A stretch of DNA of 64,000 bases from Asterias rubens (lineage: Eukaryota): assembly GCF_902459465.1 (NCBI RefSeq), contig NC_047081.1:806001-870000 (forward strand), read 5' to 3'. A program made the translations under genes and the position numbers. This document shows positions 53,623 to 64,000 of this stretch, piece by piece; position 1 is the first letter of the stretch, and the number at the start of each line of letters is the position of its first letter. The notes under the pieces are model-generated. The model saw nothing but the letters and a program-made list of their open reading frames with translations, did not search any database and was not told the origin of the DNA.

Positions 53623-56224
53623 ACACTTTGGTGGGTATAAAGCAGATAAAACAGGGGGCCAAATGTAAACTGGGTGTCCTAAACATACCCAGACACCCCT
53701 CTCCCTAACACATAGTGGGTACAGCAGATAAAACAGCGGCACTAAATTTACAACAGGGTGTCCCGACGACACCCAGACACCCCTCTTGGTGGGTACAGTA
53801 CGCTCAGGGTTCACAGGAAACTCATGAATGTGACATTTTTCCAGAGTTCATCGAGGACAGATAACCTTTTAACGGCCCAGAGACTAGATTCAGTTAGTCA
53901 TGAAGGGGGCACCTAAATGTATCTCTAGAGAGAAGAGACTCATCGCCAAGTTGCCTCGGCGTAATCGTGCCACGGCCTTAACACATGTACCTCGACGACT
54001 CCAAAAATAAACCATGTCCGAACTCTGGTATGTTGTAAAGAGGGGGGAGGGCTTTAGTTTAATTGGAGCTGGCGGGGAGATGATGATGTTGCCATGGCGA
54101 TGTGTTGCTCTGCTGGGTTACCCTGGGGAAAATGAGCTGGACTTTTAAAATATCGCAGACATCTTGTTTTTCCTGAAGGAGTTATCTGAGTGTGTCTTGA
54201 GATATTGGGGAGGTGGTTTACACCATCAAGATTTGTTGGCGCAAGATTTTTTAAAGGTGCAGGAGCTTTGAAACTTAAATTGGTGATACATGTCAAGGTT
54301 TGTAGCTAGAATTTCACAAGATTCTTTTTTGATGAGCTTATATTATGCCTTCACAGGTTTGATATTTCAGGCACATTTTGGTTGTCATAAAATGCGGATG
54401 CTGGTCATTAACAATTACAAGCTTTGTCCTTGCATTCAGCCAACCAGATTTTTTATCTTACAACCAGATGGTCATGCACCCCTGGAAAGACTACAAAGTA
54501 TCGGTCCTTTAAAGAAAACTACAGGATTTGTGACTATGAAGAGAAATAGTTGATTTGGTTCCAATCCGGAAGCTCACAAATGTAACTGCACCTTTAAGCT
54601 TTGATTTACAAATAGGTTTTGTTTTACAAGTAACAACTGAACAAAGGGAAGTGATACTGGCCTACCCAGGAAATTGTCATTACACTGGAAACAAGCTTGA
54701 TTGTTCGAGTGATTACATTTATATATTTGTATAATATCAAAACGACAACTGGGCGTATAGTAGTGTCATCAAACTATTTGTGCAGAGCCCTTGTTCCTGT
54801 GAAATCATTGATATTTTATAAAACATTTACATTTTTACACAGATCATCAAAACGAAGCCGAGACATTTCTGATTTTTTTTCTTGTCAATTGGTGTTGTCA
54901 GACTACTTAGGCTGCCCAAAAAGGGCACCTAGGCCAGGAGCAGTGTCCATAAGCACAGAAAGGGCACCTAGGCCAGGAGCAGTGTCCATAAGCACAGAAA
55001 GCAGCTAAGCACTACAAAACTATGCTTCCAGAAAAAGGTTACCAGCCTTAGTACCATGTCACATGTAAAATCTGCAACTGGTAGAACCTGCTTATTGCTA
55101 AGCAAAAAACTTTAAAAGCTACATTTTCTGCTTAAAAGCAACTCTATGGAAGCTTGTAGCAAAACAACTTGCTAAGCACACATAAATCTTGCCTAAAAGG
55201 AAACTGGTTAGCAGCCAAAACTCCATAAAGTTTACGTTTTTGAAACTGGTGCCCCACTCATTTTATGCTTAGCAAAAGAAATTTGCTTAGCAATATTTTC
55301 TGCTTAATTATACTCAGGTCATTAGATGTTATGACTGCCATGTCCTCCATTGCAACCATGTAACTTCCAATCTTGACTTTCCTGAGTGAATTAACTTGCG
55401 GTTTTTCTCCTGTTAATTAAAACTAAAAAAAATTCAGTAATTGATCATGACTTTTAATTGGACAGTTGGTACTTAGCATACCAGTTTACGTCCAATCACA
55501 AGGCTTCTTTGATTGATTCGGTAGTTTCTACCAAGGGTATGCAGTCAGAGGGGTGAGTAAACATTAACCACAGTGCTTCACACCCCGGGACGATGACTTG
55601 CATTTTGATTGGCCACATCAATGACTTCCAGACAATCCCTTCAAGTTGATTGGCCGTCGATTACGTAACCAAACACATGTGGTGGAACACCAAGGGTTTT
55701 GTGGGTTTTTCTCCCCAATCCAATCGAGGATTTTGGGTTGATGGATGACTAACAAACGCTGACCACAATGATGCATCCTGAGCAGCGAGGGAATGGTAGT
55801 CACGGCCGCTCCTTATGGTTGACACCCTCCTGATCGAGCATAAAACCGTGTAAACCCAATCAAACTGACCATTACCGCCGCCCCCAATGGACTAAGAACA
55901 GGTCACCCATCAATTGGCTGCAGTTTTCAGAGGACGGACAGCTTAATGTCAGAGCAAATCACTTCTGAGAGATAAATTTCAAACTTGTTTTGGACGGACT
56001 TGCTGTTGAATTTGTTACAGCCGGTTTGGATAGTCATCAAAGTTGATATTTAAATTGCTACATATGACACATTGCGTTGACAGAATACATCAGGTAGATT
56101 GATGTGGCACGTAAGTTAAAGAGAACAAAGCTTGACATTTCTAACCTTGAATTTCTAACCTTTTTGCAGATATTCCAAAGCTCTTTTTAAAATAATAATA
56201 ATAGCGCATCAGGCCTCGAAATAA

Positions 56225-56370
56225 TCCACGGCACCCACGGCTTTATGTCCCATCCGAAGGAAACACAAGTGTCATGACTTGGACTCGAACCCACACTCTG
56301 CTGATCAGAAACACTAGAGTTCGAGTCCAGTGCTCTTGACCTCTCGGACAAGACACAGCATGGTGTGGCT
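56225..56370 (-). mobile_element. tRNA-derived SINE, same family as 46449
   Basis: Reverse complement: gtccgagaggtcaagagcactggactcgaactctagtgtttctgatcagcagagtgtgggttcgagtcc. Other degenerate copies at ~245-330 (-) and ~63052-63185 (+). Confidence 0.8.
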
Positions 56371-58602
56371 AAGGTTGATGACAAGGGTCAGCGACCATTG
56401 GTGTATAAAACGCATTTTTTAAGACTTGCTTTTACTTGAACTTCACAAAAAGCCACAAAGGTCACTGCCCTGTGTCACTTGAAAATGTGCCCCTAAACTT
56501 TTGTATTTTCTAATTGAATTACTTTTTTTCTGCTCTAATAGAAAGTAAAGTTTGTTCAATAAGTCAGTTCCACTTGTGGTTTCTAACTTGACATTAAGGT
56601 GTTCCGTTACAGCCGCTTCCCAGATTGTATTGAAACCCAGGCGTGATCCTTGGCTTTAGGGCGTTTAAGGTTGAATGACTTCTGTCTTGAGCCCCCATTC
56701 CTTAAGATATTGACAAAAACAGGAAAACCACCAATATATAGGACTCAATGTTGATAGAGCACCAGCACATAATTCTGGAGGTTGTAGGCTCAAATCCTGC
56801 TTTTGTGAATATTTCCTTTTTCCCCAAAAACTAGAAAGTAAACTCCTCACCTGGGTTAGGCCACATCCAAACCGAATTGCCAGCTACAGCTACGGCTACG
56901 ACTGCTGTTAAGGGTGCCATCAATGCATGATAAACTGGAAATCTAGCCATAGCCGTAACTGTAGCCACCAATGTGGACATGACAGATTACATAATTTACA
57001 AAACTCAAATGAATCACGTCCACTTTCTGAAGCTTCTTAAGCTTGATTGTCGACGACGATTGCCAAACAGCTGTTTCATCCATTTGTTGTTGTTTTGTTT
57101 TTTATTGAGGGTAGAATGTGGAAACAAAACTTGTTGAGCCTTGATAAGTGGTATGTTGGTTCTGTGAATGTGAAGCGGGGCCTGGAACTGGTTTAAAGAT
57201 AATAGGCAGACTGTTTAAGGTACCCTCACTGTGTACGTTTTGCAATTTCTTGGGACTGTCTCGGCCTGCAACCAGTTCACTGTGAAATTCAGTTTGGCCC
57301 AAAGCCAGTAATTTGTTCACTTGGCCAGTCCCCCAAACAACCGAGCAAATCTTGCAGTCTTGTTTTTTTGCAAACACATACTTATGAAATTTTGCTAACA
57401 TATTCTTAATCTATTTAATTCCAAATATCATCCTTTAAATTCAGCAAATATTTAAAAAGAAGAAAACATTTTCATTCCTTGTAATTGGAAGTAATGTTTT
57501 CATTGCATATTCTTTGATAAATAATCTCTGATGAGGCCTCCTGGACAACCATTTTTTATTCGTACTTTTTAAAGGAAATTTCCTTCCAGTACAGTGGAAA
57601 CTGATTTGATTTCCTCTTTCAAATAAAGCATGGTATGTTTCCCAGCTGTTTGAGCAATCCGCTGGTGATGCATCTTTAAGGTCCAAGTCTCGATTGACTC
57701 ATAAACTGACTTTCCTTTCGATGGAGCGGGGGGGGGGGGGGGGTTGTGATCAGCCTTGAGTCCTGAACAGCTAGGATATGCCAGGATTAGTCGTTGGTCA
57801 CTTCTACGATTAGAAATGAGCTTCCAATGACTTGACATTGATAAAGGGAGCCCCACCTGTGTGTATTTGTGGTTACAGCGTCGAGTCGTGTGGTTGGGGA
57901 TCTCAGAGCCCTCCTAGTGGATTGTACTCCGTGCTTTTTTATCTCTCGAAGGAAAACTATACTCAATGTCGACTTGACTTGGACGTTTCTTTGTGGTTGG
58001 TGAATCAATTTGATGGTGTATTTAAAGTCAGTGTCATGAAGACGGCGCCAGTTGTTCTTTGTCAGAGTGGTAGTGGCTTGTCTTAGGAGTGTCTTGTTAA
58101 ATTTCGCTCAAGCGCCAAACTGTGGTAGTTTTCATTAGACAAAACATTGGAAAGACACAAGGTAAGACTGTAGGCGAATATTTGTTTGTTCCAGTCTTTT
58201 GAGTTGGATTGGTTCTTTAAGCTAGAGTCTTGTTGGCATAAATAGTTTAAAGGTAAAGTTTGGGTTTTTGGAACTGCTAGATTGGTTAAATCCTATATGA
58301 ATGTGTACAGTAAAACCAACCTGTGAACATTTCATTTCAAAAGTTGCATGCTTGATACATCGCTGAAAATCCGGGGCAGTTGTGTCATGGAAATGATTCT
58401 CAAAATGCTTTACACTATCGAGCTGCCATACCAAAAAAGTTTGTATTGCCGTACCTTTCCTTTTAGACCTACTTGTAAATTAAGTGCAAGGTTTACCTCT
58501 TTTAAAAACTATATTTGACAATTTTTTTTTCATCATCTTTTTCCCCCGTTGCAGTGATGAAATAAACTGATCATCTCCCTCCTACAATCCTTGACTCCAA
58601 CC

Positions 58603-58846
58603 ATGACCGACTTAAGACGATTTATGTGTCAAGACACGAACTATAGTGGCTGGTTAATGAACCGGTCCTCACATGGACTCAATATCTTCCGTCACTGGCA
58701 TCGGAGTTGGTTCATCTTAGCTGATGGCCACCTTCATTACTTCAAACACCAGGGCAGTATACCGCTGCATGGCTGCCGGCTGACCTCACGGACGAGTAAC
58801 AATGGAGATAATGAGCCGCTCGGATACGTACTAGAAATACATCCAG
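58603..58846 (+). CDS. First coding exon of a PH-domain protein (partial; family unresolved)
   Basis: Polypyrimidine acceptor ending 58554, ATG at 58603, donor gtaggt at 58847. MTDLRRFMCQDTNYSGWLMNRSSHGLNIFRHWHRSWFILADGHLHYFKHQGSIPLHGCRLTSRTSNNGDNEPLGYVLEIHPG matches PH beta1-beta6 (GWL, W..WF.L, LHYFK, G.IPL.G). No downstream exon was found in the window. Confidence 0.75.
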
Positions 58847-61800
58847 GTAGGTTTCTCTTGGAATCTTTGAGCATCGTCTCTCGTCGAGCGAGAGAAATTG
58901 GGGGGGGCAACAGCCACATTAAATGCAAAAAACTAATATAATCTAGTGCAGAGATGTTTTTTTAACTAGTAACTAGTATCTTGTTTTGACCCTCACACCG
59001 ATGTGTTTTTTGCACTATAATACTCAGTACTTTCAAAAGTTCTGTAAAAACATGGGATTCGAACCCATGACCTGTGCATTGCTAGAGCAGATATCTCACC
59101 ACTAGACCATCTAGCTAGCCCGATGGCTAGGGACAGTTCAAATCCTATATGTTAGCAGCGGGCGGGTATGTGTCACTTCTCAAATTACCCCCCCCCCCCT
59201 ACAAACTCCCTAACTACCCTCCAACCAGGACCCTTGTTTTACCCCTCTTAACCTTGACATTACATTGACATTTCATTCCATCATTCCACTTCACTCCTAA
59301 TAAAATCAAACACCATTTCACAAAATTCTTTGCGGCTTTTGCGGTTACCACCTTGGTATTTCCCCGGTACCCAACATTCCCCTTGACATGACCACCAACG
59401 TCCGAGCCACATTCTCAGACCTCACCCCCGGCTTCCTCCAGAACCCAGATCTCGCATCCGTGCAAGAGTGCAAAGCGGTATCCTGTATTTGTGGCTGGGG
59501 TTATTTCCCCTGGGGATGAGGGTGAACTCTAGACGGTGCCCCGCAGCGGTTATCGTGGAGAGTATGTTATGGCGATACATTGAGGGAAACCTAGGAATTC
59601 TAGTGCACGAGTCTGTCAGCCCACTTTTTTGTGGGCCGGGTCAAAGCATCAGGCCTTTAACTTTTTTCCACTTTTGTTTTCTTCCATTTTCTACCAGTAT
59701 TTATGAAGGTTGGTCGAAAGAGAGAATCACAGACCTTTTTTATTTATTTTCTAATAGGGTTTGGGACTAAAATAATTAAATAAAAGGGTAAAAAAGACCT
59801 GAAAATGTTGATATAAGATAAATTGTTTGAATTGCCTCTAGCTACATGTACCTGCCAAGCTCGTAGGACTATACTAGTGGGTAAAACATTTGCTCTAGAG
59901 TTGCAAAAGTCATAGGTTTGAACCTCACCCAAGTAATATGTCTTCCTGGTGGATCATTTTTCACAGGACTTGAGAAAAGAATTGAGTTACAGTTCTTGGT
60001 GCACATCTGTGTGAAGATTTGTTTTTACAGTTTTTGTTACGTTTTTATTTGGATCATACAAATTTTCTTCTAACAACATTTTTGTTTCTGCTTTTGGGAG
60101 GGTGGGGGATACTTATCTGACTCATTTTTTATTTCTCGGTTTAAGTACTTGGCTGTTCCAGTCACCATGTCAAAGTATGTGGGGGTGGCTTGCCCGTAGG
60201 AATGGTGTTGGATCCAGCTTGTAGCTGCTCATAGAAACGGTCAGAAATGTTGAAAGATAATCATCAAGCAAACTTTGTGTTGGGGGGGGGATGACATTGA
60301 ACCTGATGTATTATACCTCATTTTCCGAGTGCTTTAATAGTTTAAAGGTTGGCCCCATTTTCGTAGCTTAAAAAGCAGACAATATATCTCAATTGCTTAA
60401 CAATTTGCTGCTACAACTTACAAGCAGAAATAGAGCAGGATATACCCAGTCAGAACTCGTACTTGTCACACACGGCCCTGGTAACCTTATTCTGGTAAGC
60501 ATTATTTTGTTGCGCTAAGCTATGTGCTTAAGCAACTCTCTGAAATTGGGTCCTGTTCTGTTGAGAACAGTTTGAGATTACCACCTGTTCCAATAGAGCT
60601 AGCTTTGTCGTAATGCAAGGGAAATGCCAGATAATCTTCCCCTACCCCTTTTGCAGGATTTTCATTAAACAACCGCCTTCCACACATTGTCCACACCTCC
60701 TAGCCCAGACTCAAACCCCCTAGTCTCTCTATTTCCCAATACCGTACCCTGTTTACAAAACAAACCAGAGCTCCCCTTTCGACACGAGGAGGAAGTGTCA
60801 GGTAATTAGAGGAAATATCTAGTCATCATGGAGCTTTCTTGTCATCATATAACGACAGCGTTTGACACTGACTAAGAAAACTCTCTCTCTCTACTTCTTT
60901 GAGAGGGTCTAAGGAATGTTTCCTCAGTCCAGGAGAGCGATTGCACTTTTCTCTTGTGACATACGGACGGACCAAAGGTGGACCAAAGGGAAGTCGCATA
61001 TTTAATGGTTATCTGTGGCCTACAATTCAAAATGTTGTAATGTGATCAGAGGGGGAAGCAAAACCTCTTGCAAATTGTTTCAAATGTTGTGAAAGTTCTT
61101 GCATGCTGTGTCTGGTCCTTGGTTGATTGACTCGCACTGTATCATCCCGGTAAAGAGCAAGGCATACCAAGAGTTCTAGCTTCAAAATTTGTTGAAAATT
61201 CAAAAACAGAGTGTCCAAAGAGTTGACAGTAACTCCTCTGGCTTATCGCTCTTGCTAATCTCGGTTAACATTCATCATTTGGTAAACTAATTCTTCTTAT
61301 TTTATCATTGCATTATTCAGGATTATCTTGGGTTTTTAAATGTCTATGAGATGGATTACAAGTGCTACTGGTTTACAATTTAAACTGTTTAAATCTCAGT
61401 TAACTTTCATCATCAGATTCTATCTCTGCATTCTTCAAGATTTGGATCTTTAAAGTTTTTGTCAGAGGATTACGTCATGGGCAAATGGTGGCAAGTAGTT
61501 TATTTACTTGTGGTTTTGAAAATTAAATCGTTACAGATACATTAGTAAAAGAAAATCGTCAGGTTATCATTGTTGTGTTCTTTATACTTGGTTGGAAGTT
61601 TCATTTGTGATTAAGTCATGAAATTTCATGACATTTGTGTCTCACAAGTCATTAACTACTTGCGGTCTCTAACCATTAAGCGATTAAATCTCACTTAATT
61701 GTCATTTCATTAGTAAACTGTTTCTTCAGCTTCTATCGTCTCAGTTTCACTTGCTCTCGTTTAACGGATTAAGCCTGCAGTGTGACTAAGTATGACTCCC

Positions 61801-63479
61801 TCATCGTGATAGTATCTCACTTTAAAATAATTGCCCCCATCTGTATTGTTGGACTCTTGACTGTGTTATAACTAGAACCGTCCCAACGTACACATTAAAA
61901 ACCTAAACTAGATCGTGTCTCGGACCAACTAAAAAAAAGCTTGAGTTCGAGCACAGATTCCATCTGTTGTTAATGGTTTGAGTTTAGATTTGGAAAAAGA
62001 TACAAGGTATTTTTTTATAATCTTGTACACTGGTGACCTCCGAAGCCCTAAGGTATTTTTATGACCAGACAGGAGGTCAAACAATGGTTCTCAATCTGAC
62101 CTTTTAAAAGTTTCAAAGGTTAAGATTTTTGTTGATGCTCTTTTTTACCAGATACTGAGAGGTAATGTTGGTCTGCTAGTTTGCATTTTGGGGAGGGAGG
62201 GGGGGGGGAATCAGGAAATGTTTTGTATAATATTCTGATTAAAGCCTATACAGTAGATCAGCCCTTGAACTCAGTAAGTTTGTTTACTTTTTGTTTTAGA
62301 TCATATTTGATACAGTTCACCAAAATTAATTTGTTCATTACATAATTGCTGTCCCTATTTCTTATAGTACATTTTACAATAATGTATCAATGCGTTTTAC
62401 ATTAGTGCCCTGGAATTTGGACCTTTATCATGTTTATAGAAATGCTATAAAAAAAAGGTTGCCAACATTATTACACAATTTCTGTGTGAATTGCTCTTAT
62501 TTCTTTCACAATACTTCTGAGATAAAATACATGTACAGGAGAAATTACAAAATAAAATAGTCAAGATTCCCAGAAATGTCTATGAACTAGTTTACATCTT
62601 GGCTGAGATACTTGGCAACCTTGCCAGCTGACGCATCTTTCCAGAAAATTCTTGAGCAATGAATTTTAGTTTATAATGAAGCATGTAATGTGCGGTAAAT
62701 GCGCCGCACCTGTTCGAGAATGTTACCAAACTTCCTGGTCGTCACGGCCCTGCGCTATAATTTACTATCAAATTCCACGCCCTTTCCTGTCCTACTTGTT
62801 TTTCAAACGAGAAATATTGCGAAAAAGGGTTGTAATGGTGGCAAGTTTAGACAGAGTTCCTTGTGAATACACTATGATTCATATCATATGAGATGTATGA
62901 CAATATTTTCAGGGACACACCAAGGAGTAAAAAAATAGTTGGGTGTGCGCCATCATTCAAACATGCATTAATGCGATGGCCTAATTCCATAAAGCTATTA
63001 AGCACAGAAATTTGCTAATACAGCAATGTCTTGCCTAGCAGATTTGGCATGGCGTGTCATAGCTGACCAGCTTTTAAGAGCAGAGGACGTGTTTAGTCCC
63101 GGTTGTTGCATATATTTGTCTTTGAGCAAGATACTTTACCATAATGGCTTTGTTTGATGGGACATTAAGCCGTAGGTCCCATGTACATGTACTAGAATTG
63201 GCAGTGCACATAAAAGTGTTTAAACACACTTGTAAGTAAAATGTTGCTCAAAATGCCTTATCTAACCATGTAAGGTTTTATTGCCATTAATTATAAGAGT
63301 GATTACTAAACAGACACCTTCTCTTAAAAAACATTTAAATGCAACTGAAAACCCTTATATGTTTCCATTGAGGTTTATTAAGCTGAAGGGAATGTGAAGT
63401 TAAAACCCTCGGATCGATTAAACGCTCATCAGAGATTAAGAGATAATTATTCGCATCGGGCAATAAAAGCTGAGTCAAT

Positions 63480-63770
63480 CTAAGGCAGCCGCATGAATAA
63501 GTAGAAAATGCGTAGAGATACTGAAGATCGCTGAGTCAATATTTGCGGTGGGAGTCCTTAAACAGGTGTGTCTTGAACGAGGCAGTCTTTGGTGAATGTT
63601 CGGAGTCGCGTGTAGCGACAACCTGTTTGAGTCTCCTGGAGAGATAAGACTTTAAGAAGATGAGTCGCAGAAACTGCTGTCTTGGATGAAATACTGCAGA
63701 AGTCTTAAGTGGTAATTTGTGGTAAAGTCATGCAGGGCTACTTTCAAAAAGACTGTTGCGATATGTTTAA
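63480..63770 (-). mobile_element. Possible degenerate L2/CR1-type LINE 3' fragment
   Basis: Minus-strand translation contains SFKTHLFK, resembling the LKTHLFK end of L2-clade ORF2; otherwise broken. Confidence 0.3.
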
Positions 63771-64000
63771 AATGCCAAACCATCAGGAACCAGATCTATG
63801 TAGATGTACTTTCATAGTTTAGAAGCGTTACACCCAAAGGGGTCAGGGGACTTCATCCTCTAGACCAAGGGAAGACCTAGGCCCACTTCCTTCGTTTCTT
63901 ATTCATGGCGATGTAGAGAGACTAGTTATGTAATACCAGAAGGTTCAGGGGGGTCATCCTCTAGACCAAGGCCTGGCTACCCATTTGCAAGATGAAAAAC

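Noticed and set aside
55620-55870. AAQDASLWSAFV, resembling an RTE LINE C-terminus
   Set aside because: A single short degenerate match with no supporting RT motifs.

Overview
AT-rich, intron-rich animal genomic DNA; no prokaryotic features. The SINE/MITE landscape and gene structures suggest an invertebrate deuterostome, probably an echinoderm (inference). I rebuilt spliced reading frames by hand (GT-AG ends, consistent phases) for eight genes: GFPT/GFAT (minus, first 5 coding exons, runs off the left end), SKP1 (+, 162 aa), a longin-domain R-SNARE with a VAMP8-like SNARE motif (+, 218 aa), GGPS1 (-, 306 aa), FBXL15 (+, 298 aa), a PIWIL2-type slicer PIWI (-, 18 coding exons, 962 aa), an unusually divergent PCNA (+, 262 aa) and the first coding exon of a PH-domain gene (+). 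Six of them form three tight head-to-head pairs (GFPT/SKP1, GGPS1/FBXL15, PIWIL2/PCNA). Introns carry many tRNA-derived SINEs, MITEs, Penelope-type remnants and tandem repeats. Best leads: (1) PIWIL2 and a divergent PCNA share a short E2F/CCAAT bidirectional promoter; (2) a core-intact minimal hammerhead ribozyme motif lies in sense orientation in a PIWIL2 intron; (3) a longin-retaining VAMP8-like SNARE; (4) a 1.4-kb TIR element with a perfect 9-bp TSD. Comparisons with human proteins and map positions are from memory and need recomputing.
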